Part shown: piece after piece, positions 29,168-38,799 of the stretch
Layout of the letters: every line of letters begins with the position of its first letter
How positions within the stretch are numbered: the stretch's first letter is position 1
The notes under the pieces: model-generated
What the model saw: the letters and a program-made list of their open reading frames with translations, nothing else
Databases searched by the model: none
What the model was told of the DNA's origin: nothing
Translations under genes and position numbers: made by a program
Assembly (NCBI GenBank): GCA_963663275.1
Contig: OY760183.1
Location: forward strand, 3,200,001-3,264,000
DNA from: Chloroflexota bacterium
GTDB lineage: Bacteria > Chloroflexota > UBA11872 > VXOZ01
Direction: 5' to 3'
DNA: 64,000 nt

Positions 29168-30763
29168 CTACTCCAACCAGCCTATGCGTATCAGGTACTC
29201 ATCGCCGATCAGCCCCAGCAAGACCGGCGTCTCGGCCTCCGGATAGTGTTCCAGCCGAGCGAACTCGAAGTACTGCGTATACACGACTTGGCCGTTCCGC
29301 TGCTCCTCATCCGCCGCCGGAGCGATTGGAGCGCCCAATGACTCGCGCCCGTTGTTGCTCGTGTAGAAACTCACGAACACCGGGTCTACGGCGTACTGCC
29401 CGTTCGACGTATCCGATTGTCCCGCGGCCGCGCCAAAGCGCAGCATCGCGCCGAGCGGCGACTGGGCCGCCCGCTCGCCTCCCTCGTCGGTCACGATCTC
29501 CAGCCGCGCCCGTTGGAAGTATTGTACCGTTTTGCCGCTCTCACCGATAGCGTCCGTGCGGGGATAGCCGAAGCGCGTCACCCCGCCGTTGGCAACGAAG
29601 AAGCGAAGGAACGGCTCTCTGACCGTATGCCCGGTAACGGCAAAGTAGAGTTCTGAACCGGACTCGCCGTGGGGCGGCGACTGCGGCGAGGCCGGCGTAA
29701 ACCTCTGCCAGTACGCGCCGCCCGCGCTTGCCACGAAGAGATGCGTATATGCCGGTCCGGCCGCGACTACGGCATCGCTGATCGGCGGCATGGCGTAGGG
29801 CAGGTCTATCCCAACCCACGACACCCCGCCGTTCGTCGAGCGATAGAGCGCGTCCGCCGCTATCAGCAGCAGGTTTCGCCCCGCTCCGTTTGGCTCCACC
29901 AGCAGTTTGTGCGGAGTCTCCGTTGGCAGCGCGCCAATCAACCCCCACTGCTCCCCACGATCGTTGGAAAGGAAGAGTCCGCTTGGCGTAGCGGCGTAGA
30001 GCCGGACCGGCTCGCTTCCGGTGACGGCAAGACCGAGCGCCGCCTCCTGCGGCAAGCCGGCGTTCGCCAAGTGCCAGGTGCTCCCGCCGTCGAGCGAGCG
30101 GTAGAGCCCGCTGCCGGTCCCGGCGGTTGCACTCGTCACGGACGCGGCAAAGAGAGTATGCGAGCGGGCCGGGTCGGCGGCCAGGGCCACCGCGCCGGCC
30201 ACGTGGCCCAGCCGGTCCCGGGGCAGGCCGGCGTCGATGCGCCGCCAGTAGCGGCCGCCGTCCACGCTGCGGAAGATGCCGCCCAGTTCGGCGCCGGCGT
30301 AGACCACCTGCGGGTTCAGCGCGTTGTAGGCAATGGCAATCACCGGCGCCACGATGCCCGGCAGGCGCGTCCACGTCGCGCCGCCGTCCGTGGTGCGGTG
30401 CAGCCCCAGCGCGCCGGCCGCCAGCGCCATGTTCGCGTCTGCGGGATGCGGCGCGATGAGCCACGGCACACCGCTCGGCATCCACGACTGCCGGTCTTGC
30501 GCCCACGCGCCGGGGTCTTGCGCGTTCACCCAAAGCTGCCAGACCCGCTGCATCTCACCCGACGGGGACGCGGTGCCGGAGTGCCAGGGAGTCCCCGACG
30601 CCGCGGCCGCCGCGCCCACCGCAGCCGTGCAGAGCGCCGCCGCCAGCAGCAAGGCGAGCGCGCCGCGGCGCGTGGCGCGCGCAAGACCGGCGGCCTTCCT
30701 CCAAACCCTATTGTTCAGCAGGAATGAGACGCAGTTGTTGCCCAATCTGGATGGTGTTGGCAT
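29168..30763 (-). CDS. Secreted BNR/Asp-box beta-propeller protein with Chloroflexota-type cell-surface repeats (start uncertain)
   Basis: Repeated SxDGGxxW Asp-boxes; YFAVTGHTV...F...GG...FGYP...QYFQRARLE repeats; signal-like LALLLAAALCTAA. Confidence 0.75.
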   Translation of the reverse strand: MPTPSRLGNNCVSFLLNNRVWRKAAGLARATRRGALALLLAAALCTAAVGAAAAASGTPWHSGTASPSGEMQRVWQLWVNAQDPGAWAQDRQSWMPSGVPWLIAPHPADANMALAAGALGLHRTTDGGATWTRLPGIVAPVIAIAYNALNPQVVYAGAELGGIFRSVDGGRYWRRIDAGLPRDRLGHVAGAVALAADPARSHTLFAASVTSATAGTGSGLYRSLDGGSTWHLANAGLPQEAALGLAVTGSEPVRLYAATPSGLFLSNDRGEQWGLIGALPTETPHKLLVEPNGAGRNLLLIAADALYRSTNGGVSWVGIDLPYAMPPISDAVVAAGPAYTHLFVASAGGAYWQRFTPASPQSPPHGESGSELYFAVTGHTVREPFLRFFVANGGVTRFGYPRTDAIGESGKTVQYFQRARLEIVTDEGGERAAQSPLGAMLRFGAAAGQSDTSNGQYAVDPVFVSFYTSNNGRESLGAPIAPAADEEQRNGQVVYTQYFEFARLEHYPEAETPVLLGLIGDEYLIRIGWLE

Positions 30764-31181
30764 TCTGGATGTTATTGAGCTCGATTAAGTTCGCCACAGT
30801 GGTATTGTACTTGCTCGCTATGGCGCTCAGCGACTCGCCCCACTGCACAACGTGGTACTCGGGTTGCGGCGGCGGCGTGGGCGTGGCGGGAACCGGACTG
30901 GGCGTGGGCGGAATAGGCGTAATGGCCATGGTCGCGCCGGCCTGGGCGGACTGCTCGACGCCGGCGGCTTGCGTGTCTCGACCCAATACCCAGAGCGTCA
31001 CCCCGCCGCTCACCAAGAGCACCGCGAGCACCAGACTAATCCCAAGCCGCAGCATTTGACCGCGCCCGTGGGACAACGGCCGCAAGTCGCTGCGTCTGCT
31101 CACCGAGTGCCACCGCTGCGGCGGGGCGGCGGCCAAGAGTGACGAACTAAGAGGTGGGCGGATTCTTTCATTCGCGTCCAT
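30708..31181 (-). CDS. LysM domain membrane protein
   Basis: TM helix, PT-rich linker, YHVVQWGESLSAIASKYNTTVANLIELNNI...IQIGQQLRL. Confidence 0.88.
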   Translation of the reverse strand: MDANERIRPPLSSSLLAAAPPQRWHSVSRRSDLRPLSHGRGQMLRLGISLVLAVLLVSGGVTLWVLGRDTQAAGVEQSAQAGATMAITPIPPTPSPVPATPTPPPQPEYHVVQWGESLSAIASKYNTTVANLIELNNIQNANTIQIGQQLRLIPAEQ

Positions 31182-31262
31182 AGGGGGATTACCTGCCATA
31201 CACTGCAAGAGGAAGAAGCTGAACCGAGGGGAACGAACGAGCGAGGATGCCGGCGCAATGCG

Positions 31263-32606
31263 CTAGCCGAAAGCGTACACGAAGATCAGGTCATTCACGT
31301 TGGTGTTGGTCGGCCCCGTGACCAGGAGCGCGTCCGCCTGCCGCAGAAAATGGTAGGAGTCGTTGCGTTCCAGGAAAGCCAGCGGGTCCAGGCCCAGCGC
31401 CCGCGCCCGGGCGAGCACCGCGCCGTCGGCAATGCCGCCGGCCGCGTCGGTAGGGCCGTCGGTGCCGTCGGTGCCTGCCGCCATCACCGCCACGTTTTCC
31501 CAGCCGTCCAGCGCGACGGAGGCGGCCAGCGCCATCTCTTGGCTGCGCCCGCCCGCGCCGTCGCCGCGCACCGTAACCGTGGTCTCGCCGCCGAAGATAA
31601 GGCACGCCGGCGGTGGGACGGGGGAGTGGTGGTGAATCAGACCCTTGGCGACTCCAGCCATCACCTTGGCAACCTCACGCGCCTCGCCTTCCACCCAGGT
31701 GGTGACCAGGACTGTATTATACCCTAACGCCGTGGCCGCGTCCAGCGCGGCCCGGGCCGCAATCTCGTTGCTGCCCACCAGCACGCCGGCCGTCCGCTCG
31801 AAAAGTGGGTCGCCGGCCTTGGGCGTCTCCGCAATCGCCCCCTCCAGGCCGCGCCGGAGTTGTGCGCGCACCCTCGCCGGCACGGCCTCCTGCAAGCCGT
31901 AGTTGCCCAGGAGCCGCCAGGCGTCCTGGAACGTGGTCGAGTCCGGCACCGTGGGCCCGGACGCGATGAAGTCCAGCGGATTCCCCACCACGTCGGAGAG
32001 GATGAGGGCAATCAAGGTAGCCGGCGCCGCGGCCCGCGCCAGCCCGCCGCCTTTCACCTGGGAGATGTGTTTGCGTATCGTGTTCACCTCGTTGATGGTC
32101 GCGCCGCTGCGCAGCAGCAGGTCCGTGAGATGTTGCAGATCGTCCAGCGTGATGCCGCCCGCCGGCAATTCCATCAGCGCCGAACCGCCGCCGGAAATCA
32201 GGCAGAACACCAGGTCGTCCGCGCCGGCATCCGCCGCCAACTGCACAATGCGCTCGGTACCGCGCACGCCGTTCTCATCCGGCACCGGGTGCGCCGCCTC
32301 GATCAGCTCGATCCGTTGCGTGGGCACGGCGTAGCCTTCTTTGACGTTCACCACGCCGCCCGCCAGGCGATCGCCCAGAATCTCTTCCAGCGCCTGCGCC
32401 ATCGGCCCGCTCGCCTTGCCCGCGCCCACCACGAAAACCCGCCGGTAGGCGTCCAGGTCGTACACAGCGTCCCCCACCGTCAGGCGCTCCCCCTCCCGCC
32501 GCACACAGTTCCGCACCGCCTGCGCCGGATCCACCGCCCCCAACGCCGCCCCCAGCACCGCCATCATGTCTTCCCGTTGTGCCGCCGTGATACCCCGCAT
32601 CGCCAT
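31263..32606 (-). CDS. Glycerate 2-kinase (TtuD/MOFRL family)
   Basis: GAGKA, HPVPD, LISGGGSAL, KGGGLA, SDVVG, GGETTV, GTDGTDGPT and TGPTNTNVND motifs. Confidence 0.95.
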   Translation of the reverse strand: MAMRGITAAQREDMMAVLGAALGAVDPAQAVRNCVRREGERLTVGDAVYDLDAYRRVFVVGAGKASGPMAQALEEILGDRLAGGVVNVKEGYAVPTQRIELIEAAHPVPDENGVRGTERIVQLAADAGADDLVFCLISGGGSALMELPAGGITLDDLQHLTDLLLRSGATINEVNTIRKHISQVKGGGLARAAAPATLIALILSDVVGNPLDFIASGPTVPDSTTFQDAWRLLGNYGLQEAVPARVRAQLRRGLEGAIAETPKAGDPLFERTAGVLVGSNEIAARAALDAATALGYNTVLVTTWVEGEAREVAKVMAGVAKGLIHHHSPVPPPACLIFGGETTVTVRGDGAGGRSQEMALAASVALDGWENVAVMAAGTDGTDGPTDAAGGIADGAVLARARALGLDPLAFLERNDSYHFLRQADALLVTGPTNTNVNDLIFVYAFG

Positions 32607-32807
32607 AACTCATCATGAAATTGACCTGAACGTCTCTTGCCATAGTGTAGCGGAGCGCACTGGGGGATGCGAATGTGGCAAAGTGACGGCTACAATAAGA
32701 ACGATGCGGGCAAGAGAGCGAACCCATGTCCCGCGTCTATGGCTGGGACGCATTCACCACACCAAGAAGAATCGATCACAGATCAGTACAACGAAAGGCA
32801 CATCCCC

Positions 32808-34403
32808 ATGCGCGGCACCTGGCGGGCGGGCACGATCGTCTTTATCGCGAGTTTCTGTACGCTGGTCGTCGAGTTGACGGCGGGGCGGATGATTGCGCCG
32901 TACTTGGGGGTCTCGTTGTACACCTGGACCAGCGTGATAGGCGTCATGCTGGCGGGCATCAGCCTGGGCAACTACGTCGGCGGGCGCATCGGCGATCGCT
33001 TTCCGGCGGTGTCCACGCTGGGCGTGCTCTTCCTCATTTCCAGCGTCTTTACGCTCACCATCCTGCCGCTGACGGCGATCATCTCCGGCATCGCGCAGGA
33101 CCTGCCCGTGCACCTGATGCTCAAGATCCTCTTCTTTACCGCCGCGGTCTTCTTCCTGCCCAGCGTCTTCATGGGCACCATCACGCCGGTGGTCGTGCGG
33201 CTCGCGTTGGAAGACCTGAGCCGTTCCGGCGGCGTGGTGGGCCGCATCTATGCCCTCTCCACGGTGGGGGCGATCGCCGGCACCTTTGCCACCGGCTTCT
33301 TCCTGGTCTCGTTCTTCGGCACGCGCACGGTGATCCTGCTGGTGGCCGTCATTCTGCTGCTGGTGGCGATACTCTTCGGCAATCTGTGGAACCGCCGCCT
33401 GCTGCTCGGCGGCGGGTTGCTGCTGCTGGCGGGGCTGAGCGTCTACAGCTACGGCCGCAATGCCTACAACCTGCCGCTGGGCTGGAACTACGCGCGGAGC
33501 CTGGCCCAGGACGCCCTGGCGCTGAAGCCGCGCGGCGCGTTTGCCGCGCCCTGCGACGTGGAGACCAACTACTTCTGCATCCGCGTATCCGAGAAGAAAC
33601 TGGCGGAAAACGTCACCCAGCGCCGCTTGGTGCTGGACCACCTGATTCACAGCTACAGCATCCTGGAAGACCCCACGCGCCTGGATTATGATTATGTAAA
33701 GATATACGCCGAACTTATCGCGTACATCGCCGGCGAGCGCAGCGGCATCCGTACCTTCTCCATTGGCGGCGGGGGGTACACGTTTCCCCGCTACCTGGAG
33801 GCGGTCTATCCCGACGCCGTGATCGAGGTGGCGGAGATCGATCCGGCGGTCACGGAAATTGCCCACGCCCGGATGGGACTCCCCCGCGACACGCGCGTTA
33901 TCACCTATAACGAGGACGCGCGCCTGGTGGTGAAGCGCCTGGACGCCGGACAGTACGACGCCATCATCGGCGACGCCTTCAACGACCTCTCCGTGCCCTA
34001 CCACCTGACTACCCGGGAGTTCGCCGAGATCGTCCACGATCTGCTGACCCCGGACGGCTACTATATGCTGAACGTGGTGGATACGTTCGAGCACGGCGTT
34101 TTCCTGCCCTCGCTCATTCTGACTCTGGAGCAGGTCTTCCCCCACGTCTACCTGCTGGCGGAGGGTCCCGGCTGGGAGCAGGAGGGCCGCAATACGTTCG
34201 TGCTGGTGGCCGGCAAGCAGCCGCTCTCCGCGGAGACGCTGCGCGGCCAGGTGGCCGATCTGCTGCCCAACGGCCCGGTGAGCACCTTCCTCAACCCCGC
34301 CCGCCTGCGGGAATACGTGGACAGCCGCCCGGCCGTGATCCTCACCGACAGCTACGCCCCGGTGGATAACATGCTCGCGCCCGTCTTCGCCGAACGGGGG
34401 TAG
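32808..34403 (+). CDS. Fused MFS-like membrane domain/spermidine synthase-like methyltransferase
   Basis: N-terminal TM helices (ELTAGR..APYLG.SLYTW), IGGGGY, EIDP, EDAR, GDAF, PYHLTT and LTDSYAPVD motifs. Confidence 0.9.
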   Translation: MRGTWRAGTIVFIASFCTLVVELTAGRMIAPYLGVSLYTWTSVIGVMLAGISLGNYVGGRIGDRFPAVSTLGVLFLISSVFTLTILPLTAIISGIAQDLPVHLMLKILFFTAAVFFLPSVFMGTITPVVVRLALEDLSRSGGVVGRIYALSTVGAIAGTFATGFFLVSFFGTRTVILLVAVILLLVAILFGNLWNRRLLLGGGLLLLAGLSVYSYGRNAYNLPLGWNYARSLAQDALALKPRGAFAAPCDVETNYFCIRVSEKKLAENVTQRRLVLDHLIHSYSILEDPTRLDYDYVKIYAELIAYIAGERSGIRTFSIGGGGYTFPRYLEAVYPDAVIEVAEIDPAVTEIAHARMGLPRDTRVITYNEDARLVVKRLDAGQYDAIIGDAFNDLSVPYHLTTREFAEIVHDLLTPDGYYMLNVVDTFEHGVFLPSLILTLEQVFPHVYLLAEGPGWEQEGRNTFVLVAGKQPLSAETLRGQVADLLPNGPVSTFLNPARLREYVDSRPAVILTDSYAPVDNMLAPVFAERG

Positions 34404-34441
34404 GCAGTTGCGACATTCCATTTCACCCCGCAGCAAGTCAC

Positions 34442-34862
34442 GTCATTCCGAGCGCAGCGAGGAGTCTAAAGCGTAGCCATGGCCTCATGACCAACGGTGT
34501 CGCGGTGGTTTCGCATCACTGTAGCGCGGGGACTGGCATTACTGTAGCGCGGGGGCTTGTCCCCCGCCGGAACACGGGAACCTAGGGCCAAGCGTGCAAT
34601 GCGGGGCCTCATTCCCACGTGTCGCACTACCGTAGCGCGGGGGCTTGTCCCCCGCCGGATCACGGGAACCTAGGGCCAAGCGCGCAATGCGGGGCCTCAT
34701 TCCCTATGTGTCGCACTGCCGTAGCGCGGGGGCTTGTCCCCCGCCGGATCACGGAAATTGCGGCCAAGCGTGCCATGCGGGACATGTCTGCAACACTGCC
34801 GCTGAGAACAGCGCATGAGTGGACGCTTGACCCCACCAAAGACGCAGGTTTGTAACCTGCGC
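34442..34862. repeat. ~89-bp tandem repeat x3, each built on GTAGCGCGGGGGCTTGTCCCCCGCCGG, plus flanking REPs
   Basis: REP copies at 34543, 34632 and 34721 with near-identical linkers; partial copy at 34521; other REP families at 34442 and 34843. Confidence 0.88.
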
Positions 34863-34982
34863 ACTCCTACCGTGTCACGGGATAACGACGCCACGGGCTA
34901 CTCCCACCATTACAATAGTGTTGGACCAATTCACTCCCAAACCGCGAAAGCGGCGCATCCTAGCCGAAAGAATGTCACGTCA

Positions 34983-35966
34983 ATGGAATCCCAAACCGAC
35001 GACATAGCCGCCCGCCTGTTGCGCTGCCCGGTGGGGTGCGCCTTTCTGCTGACCATCGCGCGGGACAAGATCCCCGTCGCGGATGCCATCACGCCCCGGC
35101 AAGCGTTCGCGCGCGCCGCCGTCGCTCTGAATGAGCTCAATCCGTGGTCGCCGCTCTTCGAACGGGCCGTCCCGGCCGCGCTTTCACGCGGCGCGGACCT
35201 GGTACACCTGGCGCATGAAGTGGCGGCGCATCCCGCAAGCCGCTGGTGGTCGGCCCCGCTTGACCGCGCCCGGCAGGTACTCGTGGTTGACGACACGGTG
35301 TACCCCGCTCCCGCCCGCGCCGCGCCGTCTCGCCGCGTTCTGACCCGCCTCTTCGGCAGGCTCAAGCGACCGGCTTCCCGCGACACGCCGCCCCAGTCGA
35401 ACATCCACTGGGAGGACTACGCGCAACGCCCGGAAAGCTGGCGGCTAACCTCCACGCTTCACGAAGGGTATGCGTGCGTTGACACCGTGATCGCACACGG
35501 CGTCGGCGACTGGCCGTCGCCCGACGCACAACGCAGGTTCGTTGCCGTAATCGAAGAATCGGCCCGTGTCTACGAGATTTCCGGTCCCGCCGGCTGGCAC
35601 GCGCTCTGCGTCTCCTATCCGCGTGTCAATGAGCACCCCAATAGCCCGGCCGGGGTCGGCACGCTGTCGCCGGACTGGCGCCGCGTTGCCACGGAATGGG
35701 ACGGCGTCCACCTGACATTAATGGGACTCCTGACCGCGCCGTTCGTGCGCCACAGCACGGCGGCCGGAACCACCATGCTCTGGTCGTGGGATACCGAGGG
35801 CACGATGTGGCTGCCCGGCGAGTTCCTGCGCCCGAGCGCGCCGCTCCCATCCTTGTCGGAACGCGACGCCCGGGCGTTCGACGCCATAACCGCGCCATTG
35901 ATGGATGATGACCTGGGAATACCCCAATGGCCGCCCGTCCCCGGCGTCAAACGCTACCACCTGTGA
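34983..35966 (+). CDS. Conserved hypothetical protein (ARVYEI...W..L...YP...PDW..VA..WDGVHL type)
   Basis: Long ORF with coding-like codon usage. Motif resembles a family of uncharacterised actinobacterial-type proteins (from memory). Confidence 0.6.
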   Translation: MESQTDDIAARLLRCPVGCAFLLTIARDKIPVADAITPRQAFARAAVALNELNPWSPLFERAVPAALSRGADLVHLAHEVAAHPASRWWSAPLDRARQVLVVDDTVYPAPARAAPSRRVLTRLFGRLKRPASRDTPPQSNIHWEDYAQRPESWRLTSTLHEGYACVDTVIAHGVGDWPSPDAQRRFVAVIEESARVYEISGPAGWHALCVSYPRVNEHPNSPAGVGTLSPDWRRVATEWDGVHLTLMGLLTAPFVRHSTAAGTTMLWSWDTEGTMWLPGEFLRPSAPLPSLSERDARAFDAITAPLMDDDLGIPQWPPVPGVKRYHL

Positions 35967-35969
35967 TCG

Positions 35970-36944
35970 TCACCGCCGCAGCCAGTAGTTTATGCCGTAC
36001 GTCTCGCCGCCGGCTGGGAGCCAATCCGGCCAGGAGGCTTGGAGCGTGAAGCCGTGGGACTGGAGGAGGTCGTTCTTGGGTGAATCGTGGTCGGCGTAAG
36101 CGAAGAGCGGCTTGGGCGGCAGGGGGAGCGCCGCCAGCAGGTCCGCCGCCCCGTGCCAGGCGGCCGGATGCACGAAGAGGTCGAGCAGCGCGGCCCGCCC
36201 GCGCCAGACGGGATCGTCCTCCACGCCGGCCCATCCCACCACCAGGCCGGCAGCGTTTTCCAGCACACGCGCCGCCGGCGAAGCGTCCCCGGCATCCAGC
36301 GCGCGCTTATACGGCACGAATTCGCCCTCGAAATTGCGCTGGCCCCAGACGCCGCGCGCGGCCTGCCGCAGCCGGTCGCCGTGGGGTTGGTGGCAGAGCA
36401 GATTCAGCAGCGGCCAGTGTTCCCAGCGCGGCGCCGCCAAACCCACAACCGGGGCGCGCCAGAGTTCCTCCGCTTGTTCCGGCTGCCGCCAGTACCACAT
36501 GGCGCCGGTACCCGGGGCGCTGCTGCGAAAGCCGTGGCTGTGGTAGATCCAATACGGCGGCGAATCGAAGCCGGTGCCCAGCGTCAGCGCCCGTCCGCCG
36601 CGCGCGCGAAAGTCCGCCATCTGCGCCGCCATGATGCGGCTGGCGATGCCCTTGCGCCGCTGTTCCGGGCGGGTGAAGACGTGGCCCAGGATGCCGATGC
36701 CGCCGTGCTCCACCGTCATGATGTTGCCCGCCGCCTGCCCGTCCACCACGCCCAGGTGGAAGCGTGTCTCCAGGGCGTCCAGCGGCCCGGCCACGGCGCG
36801 CTCGATGTGCCAATGCACGTGCTCGCGCTTGTGCACCAGCAACTCTTGAATGTCCGCGGCCCAGCGCGCCTCCGGCTCCTCCACCAGCAGACACTCCATC
36901 TCCTCACCGCTCTTCAGCGTGACCCGCGCCAATTCCCGCACCAT
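35970..36944 (-). CDS. GNAT family N-acetyltransferase (tandem GNAT-like domains)
   Basis: HVFTRPEQRRKGIA acetyl-CoA motif; YHSHGF; second degenerate domain LDLFVHP...LQSHGF. Confidence 0.85.
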   Translation of the reverse strand: MVRELARVTLKSGEEMECLLVEEPEARWAADIQELLVHKREHVHWHIERAVAGPLDALETRFHLGVVDGQAAGNIMTVEHGGIGILGHVFTRPEQRRKGIASRIMAAQMADFRARGGRALTLGTGFDSPPYWIYHSHGFRSSAPGTGAMWYWRQPEQAEELWRAPVVGLAAPRWEHWPLLNLLCHQPHGDRLRQAARGVWGQRNFEGEFVPYKRALDAGDASPAARVLENAAGLVVGWAGVEDDPVWRGRAALLDLFVHPAAWHGAADLLAALPLPPKPLFAYADHDSPKNDLLQSHGFTLQASWPDWLPAGGETYGINYWLRR

Positions 36945-36945
36945 G

Positions 36946-37093
36946 GTTTAACAGATACTCCTCGCGCCTGGGTTTACAGACAGTCCCCGCGCCTCGGCTA
37001 ACTGCTAGTCCTCACGCTTCGACTAACAGACAGTCTCCGCGCCTCGGTTTACAGAAAGTCCTCGCGCTTCGACATCGGATAATCCTCGTGCCT
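36946..37093. repeat. Degenerate 25-bp tandem array x6
   Basis: Units at 36946, 36971, 36996, 37021, 37046 and 37071; consensus about GGyTwACAGAnAGTCCTCGCGCyTC. Confidence 0.85.
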
Positions 37094-37215
37094 ATTTCGC
37101 GTTCGTAGCAAGCAGAACACACACACGCCCGCCGGGTCAAATGCCGTACGCTCCGCTCCCTTACCCTGCAGTACGCTCCGCTCCTTCCCCCTGCCACACT
37201 TCGCTTTTTCTCCCT

Positions 37216-37362
37216 GGGGCTGAGAGGTATGTGTAGGTGTCATTCCGAGCGGAGCGCAGCGCAGCGAGGAATCCAGGGCAGTGACCCGCAAATCCAGCAT
37301 CCTTAGATTCCTCTCTCCGCTGCGCTCCGTTCGGAATGACACTCGCATGCCGTTGTCGGCCC
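37216..37362. mobile_element. Degenerate MITE (family M1) inside a CTCCC/GGAGAGGG hairpin
   Basis: Ends GGGGCTGAGAGGTATG and GCATGCCGTTGTCGGCCC; internal GTCATTCCG/CGGAATGAC pair; flanks TTCTCCCT and AGGAGAGGG. Confidence 0.6.
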
Positions 37363-37399
37363 AGGAGAGGGAACCGGATGGCATCCTCTCTTGCCCCAT

Positions 37400-37679
37400 C
37401 TCCCTGGGGAGAGGGCCGGGGTGAGGGGGATTCGCGTAGCGCGAAAATCTCCCCTCAAGGGCGCCACACAAGAGTGGAGAGTTACGAGCAGGATGCTCCT
37501 ACACGGTCTGCCATGCGGCATAGGGGCACGACTTGCCAGCAGGCGCAGAGGCACGACTTGCCATCAGGCGTAGGGGCACGACATGTCGTGCCCCTACGCC
37601 TGCGGTACGAGAGATCGTTCGTATAACCAGCGCGGATTCGTTGCGCTTATCTATAGCGGATTCGTTGTGCCTATCCACA
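37400..37679. repeat. REP cluster with 24-bp duplications
   Basis: TCTCCC..GGGAGAGGGCCGGGGTGAGGGG; GGCACGACTTGCCA.CAGGCG.AG x2 running into GTAGGGGCACGACATGTCGTGCCCCTAC (37570); GCGGATTCGTTG.GC.TATC x2 (37632-37679). Confidence 0.8.
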
Positions 37680-37800
37680 TAGGTATCGCACGCGGCAGCA
37701 TTGGAACATCCCTGCCGCCTCTCAAGACGCCGTAATGTACTATCATAGAGGGAGCGCATCCACCAACAGGGTTTCGACCCAACCCAAGGCCAACGGCACG

Positions 37801-38505
37801 ATGAACACCTCCGCCCAGAACAACGCCCGCCCGCGCCGCGAAAATCCGCTGCTCAGCCTGCTGCTCAACATTGTCGTCCCGGTCATCATCCTTACGCGCT
37901 TCAGCGGCGACGAGTGGCTGGGGCCGGTGAACGGGCTTCTCGTCGCCCTGGCCTTCCCGCTGGCGTACGGGCTGTTCGACTTCTACCAGCGGCGCACGTT
38001 CAACTTCCTGCCGGTCATCGGCGTCGTCGGCATCCTGCTCACCGGCGGCATCGGACTGCTCAAGCTCGACCCCAAGTGGATTGCCGTCAAGGAGGCGGCC
38101 GTGCCGCTGGTCATCGGCCTCGTCGTGCTCGGTTCGCTCAAGACCCGTTTCTCGCTGCTTGCCATGCTGCTGAACCAGGTTATCGACAGCGCCGCCGTCA
38201 GCGCCGCCCTCGACGCCCGGGGCACACGGCCGGCCTATGAAAAGCGCCTGGTGAACGGCACCATGATCGTGGCGGCGTCGTTCTTCCTCTCCGCGCTCCT
38301 GAACTACGTCCTGGCGCGCCTGGTGGTGGTGAGCACGCCGGGCACCACGGCCTTCAACGAAGAGTTGGGCAAGATGACGGCCCTGAGTTTCCCCGTGATC
38401 TCCGTGCCCGCCATCATCATCCTCACGATCGCCATTTTCTACACCGTCTTCGGCATCCGGCGGCTCACCGGCATGGAGTTGGAACGCATCTTTCAGAAGC
38501 GATAG
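37801..38505 (+). CDS. VC0807-family integral membrane protein
   Basis: ENPLLSLLLNIVVP, VKEAAVP, FFLSALLNY.LA and FNEELGKMTALSFPVI motifs. Confidence 0.8.
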   Translation: MNTSAQNNARPRRENPLLSLLLNIVVPVIILTRFSGDEWLGPVNGLLVALAFPLAYGLFDFYQRRTFNFLPVIGVVGILLTGGIGLLKLDPKWIAVKEAAVPLVIGLVVLGSLKTRFSLLAMLLNQVIDSAAVSAALDARGTRPAYEKRLVNGTMIVAASFFLSALLNYVLARLVVVSTPGTTAFNEELGKMTALSFPVISVPAIIILTIAIFYTVFGIRRLTGMELERIFQKR

Positions 38506-38587
38506 GCTGCGTTGCCGATTCCGCTTTGGCGACCTTGGGGCATCCGCAAGGTCGCGCAAGCGCATGAAAGGCGAACCCGGCTCCCTC

Positions 38588-38690
38588 CGTTCGTGCTGAG
38601 CGCGTCGGAGCATGAACGGAAAGATGTAGGATTGAAGCGAATGTACGTTTCCTGCACCGTTCACCCTTCGACGGCGCTCAGGGCGAACGG
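38588..38690. repeat. Inverted REP pair (CCGTTCGTGCTGAG / TTCGACGGCGCTCAGGGCGAACGG)
   Basis: Same family as 5283-5373. Confidence 0.8.
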
Positions 38691-38799
38691 TCTGGCTGCC
38701 TGCTTTCATGGGTATTGCGCGCCTGCCGATTGACGCCGCCCGCGCCTTGCGCCTATACTCGCCTCATCGAGACACGCCCAACGCAAACCGCAAGAAGGG

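Noticed and set aside
34543-34790. Possible CRISPR array
   Set aside because: The inter-repeat sequences are near-identical, so it is a tandem REP unit.
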